In this document: one piece after another, positions 38,813-47,762 of the stretch | Layout: every line of letters begins with the position of its first letter | Numbering within the stretch: position 1 is the first letter of the stretch | Source: an uncultured virus (IMG/VR IMGVR_UViG_3300007510_000003) | Lineage: Duplodnaviria; Heunggongvirae; Uroviricota; Caudoviricetes | DNA length: 56,163 bases | Direction: 5' to 3' (one strand) | IMG/VR virus record: IMGVR_UViG_3300007510_000003 | Notes under the pieces: model-generated | Databases searched by the model: none | Told to the model about the DNA's origin: nothing | Seen by the model: only the letters and a program-made list of their open reading frames with translations | Position numbers and translations under genes: made by a program

Positions 38813-39000
38813 AACCAAACGAGATATACCCAGGCATGCTAATTGGGTTGGATGCCAGAGAATATTCAAAGTTCTTGGGGGAGGATATTTCTGCTTGCGT
38901 GGGTATTGTTATCAAACCAGTTAGTGCGAAGAGGTATCGCGTAGCTTGGACCACGGGCATTGTGGAGGAAGTATGGATTTGGCAACTCACAAAGCGTTAA
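38797..39000 (+). CDS. SH3/KOW-like small protein
   Basis: PGMLI...VGIVI...YRVAW. Confidence 0.55.
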   Translation: MSKRLKPNEIYPGMLIGLDAREYSKFLGEDISACVGIVIKPVSAKRYRVAWTTGIVEEVWIWQLTKR

Positions 39001-39107
39001 GCGCTCTTGGCAACATGCTGCTTACGGATGGTTTTATTTTTAAGTTCTTTTTTGTGTTGCTATTATTTTTTTGTTTTGCTATCATTAATTATGATTACAG
39101 GGACTAG
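38973..39107 (+). CDS. Small membrane protein
   Basis: GGAGG RBS; 44 aa with a Phe-rich TM segment. Confidence 0.4.
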   Translation: MDLATHKALSALGNMLLTDGFIFKFFFVLLLFFCFAIINYDYRD

Positions 39108-39111
39108 GTAG

Positions 39112-39372
39112 ATGAGTGAAGTTAAACAGGGCGAAGCGTTAATTTTTATTGGAGATTATGATCTCTTTGGCACTAATTGTAATGGACTTGAGGGGATGTT
39201 TTACAAGGAAGTGTTTGGCGACAAGTACTTGGTCTATGTGCCATCCGTCGATGAGTGGGCAGAACCACTGGTGTCGATCTTGGAGAGGAAGAAAGAGGGC
39301 CACGTCCCAGAGAAGTACGCCAAACTTTGTGCTCGTATTAAAGAATTGAGGATTACTTTTGAAACGGGATGA
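39112..39372 (+). CDS. Hypothetical protein
   Basis: ORF track. Confidence 0.6.
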   Translation: MSEVKQGEALIFIGDYDLFGTNCNGLEGMFYKEVFGDKYLVYVPSVDEWAEPLVSILERKKEGHVPEKYAKLCARIKELRITFETG

Positions 39373-39498
39373 CATAACACTCTGTCTTGATGTTGCCATT
39401 CTCGCAGCACCTTTAATTCTTGGTGCAGCTGTCTATGGTACGTTGATTGCGGCCGAAGTTGGAGTGAAGTCGTTGAGAACTTTGATTTGGGGTAGAAC

Positions 39499-39726
39499 AT
39501 GAGAGTAGTATTATTGGTTTTGTTTTGTATGTTGCAAGGATGTCTAATTTTGCTAGACGATGATTGCGACCCATATCACCCAGAATATTCTCACACGGAA
39601 TACGACTGTTATTATGGACAGGAGAGGGTTGAGGTCTGTAACAGGAATTATTGCTGGGAAGAAACCAGAGAAGTTCAGATCTGCGATGAGTACCATATCT
39701 GCTACGAGAAGAGGCGTTGGAGGTGA
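39499..39726 (+). CDS. Small Cys-rich putative lipoprotein
   Basis: MRVVLLVLFCMLQGC lipobox-like; multiple Cys. Confidence 0.6.
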   Translation: MRVVLLVLFCMLQGCLILLDDDCDPYHPEYSHTEYDCYYGQERVEVCNRNYCWEETREVQICDEYHICYEKRRWR

Positions 39727-40238
39727 GTGACTTGAAGTCAACCAGGATTATAAAACATGTCTCTTTCCTCTATGATGGGGAGAGAACAGTCGTGGAGGCT
39801 GATAGTAAGGGTACTTTTAGGGTACCCGTAACGAGTGTAATTGAGGGGCGAGTGAAGACTCTCTATAAGAACCTGACAGCATCGGAACTTATTGCACATC
39901 CTTCTATCATCGGTGGAGACCCTGTACTCACTCTCAAGTCGGGAGAAAAAGTAAGAGTGTTTGACGGGGGAGACCCGTCTTATTTGCCAGCAATGTCCCA
40001 GGGTATTATCGAAAGGCACGATAAGGTTGAGATATTGAGAAGAAAGTTTGAAAAGAAAAAGAAGGTGCTGAAGCAAAAGCAATACACTAAAAGATCTTCA
40101 GCAAAAACAACCAAGAAACCGCCAATTGTACCACCTTACGTACCATCAACTAAGGTATCTAGTGGCAACAAGAAGGATCCTAGTGATACGGATGAATATG
40201 ACAACCCGTTCAACTGGGACGACGACGATTGGTTTTAA
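39717..40238 (+). CDS. Hypothetical protein
   Basis: ORF track; basic linker and acidic DDDDWF tail. Confidence 0.65.
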   Translation: MEVSDLKSTRIIKHVSFLYDGERTVVEADSKGTFRVPVTSVIEGRVKTLYKNLTASELIAHPSIIGGDPVLTLKSGEKVRVFDGGDPSYLPAMSQGIIERHDKVEILRRKFEKKKKVLKQKQYTKRSSAKTTKKPPIVPPYVPSTKVSSGNKKDPSDTDEYDNPFNWDDDDWF

Positions 40239-40250
40239 GTAGTTAGGTTT

Positions 40251-40487
40251 ATGCACAGACAAGAGTTTGACATTGGAGACATCGTTAGAGTTACGGAACC
40301 TACAAAGGATTGCGGAGAGATTGGTTTAGTAACTCAGAAGAAGCGAATACACGACTTGCCGAGCGTTACGGACGATTACTTTTGGCACAGGGATGAGTAT
40401 AGATGCCAAATAAGAATGTCTACAGGTGAGTGTGAGTGGATTCGTGCTAAATTTTTAAAAATCATTTCAAGAGCAAAAAACGCTTGA
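40251..40487 (+). CDS. SH3/KOW-like small protein
   Basis: FDIGDIVRV...IGLV...FLKIIS. Confidence 0.6.
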   Translation: MHRQEFDIGDIVRVTEPTKDCGEIGLVTQKKRIHDLPSVTDDYFWHRDEYRCQIRMSTGECEWIRAKFLKIISRAKNA

Positions 40488-40512
40488 CTTTCAATTTAAG
40501 TGTTGATACAAT
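40484..40512 (+). promoter_or_regulatory. Sigma70-type promoter
   Basis: TTGACT-17 nt-TACAAT with a TG motif. Confidence 0.7.
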
Positions 40513-40539
40513 AGTTACACAACAATGAAGGGATAAAAC

Positions 40540-40632
40540 ATGTTCGGATTTATAATTGATATTGTCGCTCTCTCTGCTGGGATTTTCCTCGGCAGTGTAG
40601 TATTTGATTGGTGGCGTAGAAGAAGTCACTAA
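40540..40632 (+). CDS. Small membrane peptide
   Basis: 30 aa, MFGFIIDIVALSAGIFLGSVVFDWWRRRSH. Confidence 0.45.
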   Translation: MFGFIIDIVALSAGIFLGSVVFDWWRRRSH

Positions 40633-40639
40633 TATATAT

Positions 40640-40713
40640 GCCCTGGTAGCTCAGCTGGATAGAGCATCGGACTTCTAATCCGCAGGTCGTAGGTTCGAAT
40701 CCTACCCAGGGCG
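40640..40713 (+). tRNA. tRNA-Arg(TCT), CCA not encoded
   Basis: Acceptor GCCCTGG/CCAGGGC, D arm GCTC/GAGC, anticodon loop CTTCTAA, T arm GTAGG-TTCGAAT-CCTAC. Confidence 0.95.
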
Positions 40714-40745
40714 CTTTTATTTAATCAACAAAAAAAGGAGAAACT

Positions 40746-41294
40746 ATGTTGAAGAAAATTTTAATCTGTGCACTCGCGATGTTAATCGTTGCACCACTAG
40801 CAGGATGTCCCCAGGCATCGGCACACCCAACAGACGCCAAGGGACAAGGCAAGTGGACCAAGCGGTCAGGTGTCCGATTCGGTTATGCGTATGCTAACGA
40901 CTCACACAAACCAGACTCTAATGGTGAGGAGTCAAAACTCAAGAGCCCACACATGACCACTATGGGGTACGAGTTACAGCAATGCATGCCAGGTGGAGAT
41001 TGGTTGGACGTGTTGTTCATTCAGAACGTAAGTCTTTCAGGATTAGATCAGAGTGTTATCTCTCCATCAGTTCGAGCACTGATTGGATTTGAGATTGATA
41101 AGTCATTTCAGATCGCCGTAGGTCCAAACCTATCGTTCCACGATCCATCAGGAGAGGATAAGTTTGTTCACCTGATCGGCGCAGTTGGATACACTCTGGA
41201 TGCTGGCATGTTCAGCGTACCAGTACACTTCAGTTTCATACCTGATGTCAACAACTATTGGGCAACTGCAATTACAACTGGCGTTAACTGGTAA
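40746..41294 (+). CDS. Putative outer-membrane beta-barrel protein
   Basis: Signal peptide (contains LAGC); alternating amphipathic strands; C-terminal ITTGVNW aromatic end. Confidence 0.6.
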   Translation: MLKKILICALAMLIVAPLAGCPQASAHPTDAKGQGKWTKRSGVRFGYAYANDSHKPDSNGEESKLKSPHMTTMGYELQQCMPGGDWLDVLFIQNVSLSGLDQSVISPSVRALIGFEIDKSFQIAVGPNLSFHDPSGEDKFVHLIGAVGYTLDAGMFSVPVHFSFIPDVNNYWATAITTGVNW

Positions 41295-41318
41295 TTATAA
41301 AAATAGGAGCACAAACAA

Positions 41319-42203
41319 ATGGCATTGAAAACACCATTACGTTACCCTGGCGGCAAGTCCAGGGCCATCAAGAAACTGGATCCTGATCTGCCTAAGCAGT
41401 TTAAGGAATTTAGAGAACCATTCCTCGGAGGTGGTTCAATGGCACTACACGTCACACAAACACGACCAGGTACAAAGGTCTGGGTTAACGATGCGTACTA
41501 CAGTTTGTATAACTTCTGGGTGCAACTAAGGGATAAAGGACCAGCACTGCATCAAGAGTTGGCACGCATCAAGAAACCCATTGAGTATGTTACCAAACCT
41601 CTGAGAAAGGATAAGATTGATAAGTCTCAATGGGACAAGTCCATCATCAATAATATCGATAAACACAGAGCACTGTTCAATAAAGCAAGGGCAGACATCG
41701 CAAGTGTCGATGATTTTACTAAGGCGGTATATTTTTTCATACTAAATAAGTGTAGTTTCTCTGGACTTGGTGAGAGCAGTTCTTTTTCAGAGCAAGCATC
41801 AGAATCGAACTTTAGTATGACTGGCATCAACAAGCTGCCAGCATATTCTAAGATAATACAGGATTGGAAAATCACTAATTTTGACTATGATCGCGTGTTG
41901 AACGCAAAGGGGCAAGATTGCTTTGTATTCCTCGATCCACCATATGACATTAAAGATGACCTCTATGGTAAGAACGGCAACATGCACTCAGGTTTTGACC
42001 ACATGAGATTTTATGACGACGTTGTAAAGTGTAAGCATGAATGGATGATTACATATAATTCTAACGAAGTTTTAAGAAAACGATTTTCAGATTATTATTT
42101 TAATGATTGGGACTTGACATATACAATGCAATCTAGTAAGGTATACACAGAAGCACAAAAAGATCGCAAAGAGTTGCTAATAACCAGTTACAAAAGGAAC
42201 TGA
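41319..42203 (+). CDS. Dam-like (D12 class, alpha group) DNA adenine methyltransferase
   Basis: LRYPGGKS, EPFLGGGS, VND, FLDPPY, WMITYN. Confidence 0.93.
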   Translation: MALKTPLRYPGGKSRAIKKLDPDLPKQFKEFREPFLGGGSMALHVTQTRPGTKVWVNDAYYSLYNFWVQLRDKGPALHQELARIKKPIEYVTKPLRKDKIDKSQWDKSIINNIDKHRALFNKARADIASVDDFTKAVYFFILNKCSFSGLGESSSFSEQASESNFSMTGINKLPAYSKIIQDWKITNFDYDRVLNAKGQDCFVFLDPPYDIKDDLYGKNGNMHSGFDHMRFYDDVVKCKHEWMITYNSNEVLRKRFSDYYFNDWDLTYTMQSSKVYTEAQKDRKELLITSYKRN

Positions 42204-42204
42204 T

Positions 42205-42774
42205 ATGCTCACCTTGAAACAATACGCAAAAGAGTTGTCGACAGTGATCGATGGACGACGTTATACTAATCTGATGACATCCATTGGTCCATCTCTGAAT
42301 GAGAGAAAACTTAGGTTCGACAAAGCAGACTTCGCAGAGGGGGGTGTTGAAGCCTTTAGTGAAGGACGCCTCAAGTGGATTGATGAAACTGGACGCGATC
42401 ATCTTGATACCAAGCACAATCATCATGTGGAATTCAAATTTATTTCTCACGGGTTGATAACAAAGAAGGGAAACCTTAGAAAGAATGTCAATGTCAGAGT
42501 TGTAAATAAAATCGGGAACAACCAAGATAACGAACCGCTAATAGACTCACTCAAATCTGATTACTATATGATTGGGCAAGAAAATAGTCTAGCAATCATC
42601 ACCAGAGAGTCACTGTCTAAGTATCTTGTTAGATCTTCTGATGCGATAATCGCCAAGATTCCCCTTGTTGAACTGGAGTTTGTGCATAGGTCAGTAACGC
42701 CAACACTGATTGGGGATATTGATTATAAAAGCATGAAGCGCGAATTACAAAAAAGAATTATAGGATCATTTTAA
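42205..42774 (+). CDS. Putative PD-(D/E)xK endonuclease
   Basis: E...GRDH...VEFK motif; sits between two methyltransferases. Confidence 0.55.
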   Translation: MLTLKQYAKELSTVIDGRRYTNLMTSIGPSLNERKLRFDKADFAEGGVEAFSEGRLKWIDETGRDHLDTKHNHHVEFKFISHGLITKKGNLRKNVNVRVVNKIGNNQDNEPLIDSLKSDYYMIGQENSLAIITRESLSKYLVRSSDAIIAKIPLVELEFVHRSVTPTLIGDIDYKSMKRELQKRIIGSF

Positions 42775-43659
42775 ATGAAAATCGAACAGTCAATTGAACT
42801 AAAGGAAGGGGTAGAATTTCTCAAAGGACTAGATAACAATTCTGTTGATCTTGTGCTGACAGATCCTCCCTATATCACGTCAAGAGAGACTGGTATGGAT
42901 AAATGGGTTGATCATGTTAACGAACAGGATAAGGCGGGATCTCAAGACGTAAAGACTACTGAGCAATGGAACAGTTACAAGACCGCAGAACAGTGGCAAC
43001 AGTTTTTCGAGAACAGTAAATTCAAGGACAACAAAGAGTTATGGCGAGACGAATTAGAGAAGCACAAGAGAAACTATCTAAAGTACGGTAGTATATACGG
43101 CAAAAAATATGCAGTAAAGACAGACTATGGGGAGTGGGACTCTAAATTTACGTTAGAGTCTCTGAACGAGTTTGTCCATCAGTTCTACAGAGTATTGCGT
43201 AAGGGCGGCACTGCTATTGTGTTCTTTGATCTGTGGAAGATCACTGACTTGAAGAACATACTGGAGCAAAACAAGTTCAAGCAGTTGAGATTTGTAGAGT
43301 GGATCAAGACAAACCCTCAGCCATTGAATAGTTCTAGAAACTATCTAACGAACTGTAGAGAGATAGCACTGTTGGGTGTTAAGGTAGGCAGCCCTACGTT
43401 TAATAGCAAGTATGATAACGCAATCTACAGTTATCCACTACAAGGTGGTAAGGACAGATTTCATCCTACGCAGAAAAGTCTTCTACTGTTTCAGGACTTG
43501 ATCGCAAAACACTCCAACCCTGGAGATTTAGTCATTGACCCTTTCAGTGGATCAGGTACTACTGCTGTTGCATCTAAGATAACAGAGAGGAACTTTCTAG
43601 GGTGCGAGGTAGATGAAACTTTTTTCGAAAAAAGTCTTGCAAGATTAGAAAACTCATGA
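42775..43659 (+). CDS. Beta-class N4C/N6A DNA methyltransferase
   Basis: VDLVLTDPPY precedes HPTQK and DPFSGSGTT. Confidence 0.93.
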   Translation: MKIEQSIELKEGVEFLKGLDNNSVDLVLTDPPYITSRETGMDKWVDHVNEQDKAGSQDVKTTEQWNSYKTAEQWQQFFENSKFKDNKELWRDELEKHKRNYLKYGSIYGKKYAVKTDYGEWDSKFTLESLNEFVHQFYRVLRKGGTAIVFFDLWKITDLKNILEQNKFKQLRFVEWIKTNPQPLNSSRNYLTNCREIALLGVKVGSPTFNSKYDNAIYSYPLQGGKDRFHPTQKSLLLFQDLIAKHSNPGDLVIDPFSGSGTTAVASKITERNFLGCEVDETFFEKSLARLENS

Positions 43660-43665
43660 TAGTAT
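43637..43665 (+). promoter_or_regulatory. Sigma70-type promoter
   Basis: TTGCAA-17 nt-TAGTAT with a TG motif, overlapping the MTase stop. Confidence 0.6.
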
Positions 43666-43693
43666 GTACAAAGAAAATGAAAGGAGAATTTAG

Positions 43694-44737
43694 TTGAATA
43701 AAAAGCAACACGAAAATTTTATTTCCACTTATGGAGACGCCTATCTCAACAGTCTTGAATGGGTTGATCCTGACGAGATTCAAGACTTTAACCAGAAGGC
43801 TCGAATTAACGGAAACCAGCAGAACAACATTGCAAGGTACACTTCACAATTTCTAAATGGTACTGAACAAGAGGTGCCAATAAGTTTGCGTGCTAATACC
43901 TGTATGGATGGAACCACAAGACTAAAGGCAAAGCAAGCAGTGAAAAAGGTAGATAAAAACCAGAAGGTCCTAGTCTCAAGATTTCAGCAAAAGGTTTTAC
44001 AATTTAGTGACGATGAGTGGGAGGACTTCCAGGACTCTGCTAATGATCATCTAGGGGATACTCCTGCTACAGACGCAGACATGGAGGGTGCAACTTTAAG
44101 GAGAATCAATAACGGGCGTATATTTAATATCGTGAACAAAGGACGTACTGTTCCCCTTGACCCTGAGAAAAACTCAGAGGACTTGGAACCGTACGCTAAT
44201 GCTGCCGCGAAATATATGAAGGAGGACATCTATCCGAGATCTGCTAGGACAGAGCGGTGGTTCTATAATAGAATAGAGAAAGCACTGTCGAAACCGATCA
44301 ATCAAAAATTGGGTAGAATTACCTACAGCGTGGTTGATAATGTGCGATACTACAGGGATTCTCAACACTCTAGTTGGGATGGCGCAGACTCAAAGGCGAT
44401 AAGTTATAACGAGCACCTGATTGTAATTAACTCAAAGTCACGTTTCGACCCGAATGTCAGTGGGGTATTGACGCAACAGTTCCGAGACAACCCAGGGGTG
44501 AAGCAGACCATAGCAATTAGTTTGTCAAACCTTAACGGTATGACTGATAGTGACGTCAAAAAAACCAGAAAAGACATCGTGGAATCGGTTAAGAAGACTT
44601 TGAAGGTATACAAAAACACTCCAGAAGTTTCGGTTGTTATTTTCAGACAACTCCCAGGAGATAGGTTCGCCGTTGTAGAACTATACAACAACCATCATTC
44701 TGTGACTGCTACAAAGAATTTTTCAGTTGTAGAATAA
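43694..44737 (+). CDS. Hypothetical protein with ParB/Srx-like N-terminal region
   Basis: WVDPDEI, QKAR, PISL, MDGTTRLKA, ANDH..DTP. Confidence 0.55.
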   Translation: MNKKQHENFISTYGDAYLNSLEWVDPDEIQDFNQKARINGNQQNNIARYTSQFLNGTEQEVPISLRANTCMDGTTRLKAKQAVKKVDKNQKVLVSRFQQKVLQFSDDEWEDFQDSANDHLGDTPATDADMEGATLRRINNGRIFNIVNKGRTVPLDPEKNSEDLEPYANAAAKYMKEDIYPRSARTERWFYNRIEKALSKPINQKLGRITYSVVDNVRYYRDSQHSSWDGADSKAISYNEHLIVINSKSRFDPNVSGVLTQQFRDNPGVKQTIAISLSNLNGMTDSDVKKTRKDIVESVKKTLKVYKNTPEVSVVIFRQLPGDRFAVVELYNNHHSVTATKNFSVVE

Positions 44738-44740
44738 TTC

Positions 44741-44769
44741 TTGACATTTAAACAAATAGTTCATATAAT
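44741..44769 (+). promoter_or_regulatory. Consensus sigma70 promoter
   Basis: TTGACA-17 nt-TATAAT; 28/30 identical to 46423-46452. Confidence 0.85.
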
Positions 44770-44801
44770 GTTTCTATAGTTTGAAGAAAGGAAGAAACAA
44801 G

Positions 44802-45296
44802 ATGACCCCAGAAGAAGAATATAAGAAACTATACAATCGTATGGCAGAGTTATCTAGCAATCAAGGATGGGGAGACCCGTTTAGTTATGCGAGATCTAAA
44901 GAGATTTACGCAATGATTGAACTGGGGCACACAATATCAGAGACTCTATCTGGTGCCGATGCGTACAATGAGGCAGGGCAACCCGTCGAATATAAGTCCA
45001 CTATTGACAAAAAAGTCAAGGGATCGTACACTGGCATATCAGTGCAGAATACATGGGAGGATCAGGTTTCATACCTAAAGAACGAGAAACTAGCAAAGTA
45101 TCCCGAACACTTTTACATCAGGTTTGAAGGCGGAAAACTGGTAGAGGTGTGGAAACTGTCAGGAGAGCAGGTATTTAACTTACTTCTGCCCAAGTTGAAA
45201 AAGAAGTTCCCCACTGTACTGTCCAAGAAAGACCCGCGTCTTTCAGCAGACATTACGAACACTCAGATCAAGAAGCACGGTGTTAGAATTATTTAA
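44802..45296 (+). CDS. PvuII-like restriction endonuclease
   Basis: GWGDPF, ADAYNEAGQPVEYKS, LAKY, VEVWKL and KKHGVRII are colinear with R.PvuII as recalled (GINDIF, NDAVDNAGQEYELKS, IAKY, EAIYRL, MEHGTKIY). Confidence 0.75.
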   Translation: MTPEEEYKKLYNRMAELSSNQGWGDPFSYARSKEIYAMIELGHTISETLSGADAYNEAGQPVEYKSTIDKKVKGSYTGISVQNTWEDQVSYLKNEKLAKYPEHFYIRFEGGKLVEVWKLSGEQVFNLLLPKLKKKFPTVLSKKDPRLSADITNTQIKKHGVRII

Positions 45297-45305
45297 AAAT
45301 AAATC

Positions 45306-45333
45306 TTGACAAACAAAAAAAGTATGATATAAT
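45306..45333 (+). promoter_or_regulatory. Sigma70-type promoter
   Basis: TTGACA-16 nt-TATAAT with a TG motif; first 16 nt identical to the 7155 promoter. Confidence 0.75.
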
Positions 45334-45415
45334 AGATTTATCGTGTTAGTCAATTGGACGTTAGGGCACGATGAAAATAAAACTAACAGCTCGTAGGAGC
45401 AATAAGGAGAAAACA

Positions 45416-46417
45416 ATGAGTAGTAAAATTACTTCAGGCGGAAACCCTATTCAAACATCTTTGTGGGATTATTTCGATCAACCACCAGTGATCAAACCAC
45501 TCCCATCACCAGGAAACAAAGGACTTCAGGAGTATAAAAAGAGGTTTCGTACCATGAAAATCTCTGATCTGAAGCGCCACATCCAGAGAGACACTGAGGT
45601 GAGGAATTTAAAGAAGATCACCAAGAGAGGGATTAACGGGGATAGCTGGCAAGCACCGCGAGTTGTATATGTCAGGTCTACAAAGCAACTTCTTGTTTAT
45701 GATGGTGATCACTCTTTGCACCTTTGGTTGCAGATGTGGCCAAATGCAACAGAAATCGTTGTGGACTATCGAGAGGTTGATACTATAGAGGAGTACCATC
45801 AGTTATTCGTAGACTTCAACCTTGAGGGTCGGACTGGCATTTCAGCAGAAGTAGCCTATGTTCACCGATACTACGCGAATTACCGAGAGCAGGTTGACCT
45901 TGCTGCTTGTATGCGTGCCGCTGGTGTCTATGTTTATGGATCAGGTGAGAGTGGGGGTCGAGTGGGTGACCCTCAAGGATGCAAGATTAAGGTGAATGCT
46001 GCAAGGAAGTGCGCCTTATATGCGTCAGGGAGGAAGAGTGGAGATCCCACACTAGCAGAAGCACCGAACAGTGGTATGTTTTTCAAACCCGCTGTTGATG
46101 TCTACCGTAGTTTGCCATCTTTTAAGCAGACCAAGGACCAGTTGAAGAGTGAACTGGTGGGTGGTTTGACTCAACTGATGCGTGCATACCCTAGCATCCT
46201 GTCAACTGCTGGACCGCAGGGGGATTTTAGGCTGTGGTTCCACAGCAAGTTCGTTCAATCGGCGCTCGATCACGAGGTGTCTAAGTGGAAAACTTCAGGA
46301 GGTTCGGTCCACAACAAGTCACAATACTCTATTGCAAAGGGCATTGTTTTAGATTTGCAAGGTAATCCAAACTTTAATGGAATTACCACTCTAAAACTTG
46401 ATAAACTTTTTTCTTGA
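45416..46417 (+). CDS. ParB/DGQHR-like domain protein
   Basis: IQRD...WQAPRVV...VYDGDHS...EEYHQLFVDFN pattern; start placed at ATG 45416 after AAGGAG. Confidence 0.6.
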   Translation: MSSKITSGGNPIQTSLWDYFDQPPVIKPLPSPGNKGLQEYKKRFRTMKISDLKRHIQRDTEVRNLKKITKRGINGDSWQAPRVVYVRSTKQLLVYDGDHSLHLWLQMWPNATEIVVDYREVDTIEEYHQLFVDFNLEGRTGISAEVAYVHRYYANYREQVDLAACMRAAGVYVYGSGESGGRVGDPQGCKIKVNAARKCALYASGRKSGDPTLAEAPNSGMFFKPAVDVYRSLPSFKQTKDQLKSELVGGLTQLMRAYPSILSTAGPQGDFRLWFHSKFVQSALDHEVSKWKTSGGSVHNKSQYSIAKGIVLDLQGNPNFNGITTLKLDKLFS

Positions 46418-46423
46418 AAGTGC

Positions 46424-46452
46424 TTGACATTTAAATAAATAATTCATATAAT
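46424..46452 (+). promoter_or_regulatory. Consensus sigma70 promoter
   Basis: TTGACA-17 nt-TATAAT. Confidence 0.85.
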
Positions 46453-46477
46453 ACATTCACAACTTAAATGAAAGGAC

Positions 46478-47626
46478 ATGATTATGTCATTGCATCCAAA
46501 TGTTCAGAAGATTGCTAAACTTATTACTTCGGAGATTCGTACTATCGAAGACAAGAAAACAAAGTGGGCATCGTTTAAGAGAGAAAACGCTCATGTGTTC
46601 AAGGAACTATTGCACCTTGAGCACACAGACATGAAAAACCCAGGAGAGTTACTTGGGTTTGACATCGACGAAGAGCGTCAGATTATCCTGTTGAACTACA
46701 CAGGACAAGCACATAATGTATTACATGAGGTAGATCGAGGTTGGTCACAACCCCTGCGCGACATGCGTGGCATGATCTACGACTTCAGTGTGGAGGAACC
46801 AGTTCTCGTTAGTCGCGGGTTCGAGAAGTTCTTCAACTACAGTGAGTTGCCAGAGAACACTTATGAGGCACTCACCAGTAAGTTCGGGACACAAAAATAC
46901 CTCGCTCGTGAGAAAGCGGATGGACATATGATTGAATACTTTGTCCATAACGGTGAACTGTGTTCCTCCACCCGAGGTAAATTTGGAACAGTTAGTGCGG
47001 AGATTGCTGGCAACATGCTTTCTCTTACGGACTTTCAACAGGTAGAGGAGACGTTAGGTAAAAAGGTCATGACCCTAGTGGTTGAGTTGATCCATCCCTA
47101 TACAAAGGTCTTCGTTGATTATGACAATGCGGAAACGCTGTACCTGTTGAACGCCTATGATGCCGATGGCGAGTCCTTGAATCTCGCAGAGTTAGAGCAT
47201 ATCTGCGAAGCAATGCCGCACCTCTTTGTGTGTCCTGAGTCTCGTGAGATGACACTGAACGATCTAGTCGATGAGGTTGGTAGTCGTGCAGTGTCAAATC
47301 ACGAGGGTTGGGTCATGAACTTTGATGGCCAACTGATTAAGTTTAAATATATTAACTATATCGGGGAAATGGTCAAGAGTAAATTGAGTTACAAATACAT
47401 TATGAATTGTATGATCAAGGGACGCTTGGACAAAATGATGTTCATGCTTCCAGAGGAAGTTCGCGAAGCAGCATATAAGATGGTTGACGTCGTTAATGAC
47501 ACAATGCAGCAATCACAAGATGTTGGAGATCACAAAGTATTGTATGAGTTACACAACGATAATGAGGGTGGCGTTAATTATTTCAGAACTGTCTGTAGGA
47601 ACTTTTACAGGTTTACAACAGCATGA
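46478..47626 (+). CDS. T4 Rnl1-like RNA ligase
   Basis: RGMI, SRGFEKFFN, motif I EKADG, STRG, ELIHP, motif IV EGWV, motif V KFK. Confidence 0.88.
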   Translation: MIMSLHPNVQKIAKLITSEIRTIEDKKTKWASFKRENAHVFKELLHLEHTDMKNPGELLGFDIDEERQIILLNYTGQAHNVLHEVDRGWSQPLRDMRGMIYDFSVEEPVLVSRGFEKFFNYSELPENTYEALTSKFGTQKYLAREKADGHMIEYFVHNGELCSSTRGKFGTVSAEIAGNMLSLTDFQQVEETLGKKVMTLVVELIHPYTKVFVDYDNAETLYLLNAYDADGESLNLAELEHICEAMPHLFVCPESREMTLNDLVDEVGSRAVSNHEGWVMNFDGQLIKFKYINYIGEMVKSKLSYKYIMNCMIKGRLDKMMFMLPEEVREAAYKMVDVVNDTMQQSQDVGDHKVLYELHNDNEGGVNYFRTVCRNFYRFTTA

Positions 47627-47762
47627 AGTTTGAGCATATCTTGCTGATTGCGTGCTATGCATATACTCTCTCTGCAATAGTAAGGATGATTCTTTCGAGA
47701 GTACGAACCTCACCAGAAGAAGAGAGAAAAGAGAGATTAAACTCCCTGTATGGCAGGGATAA

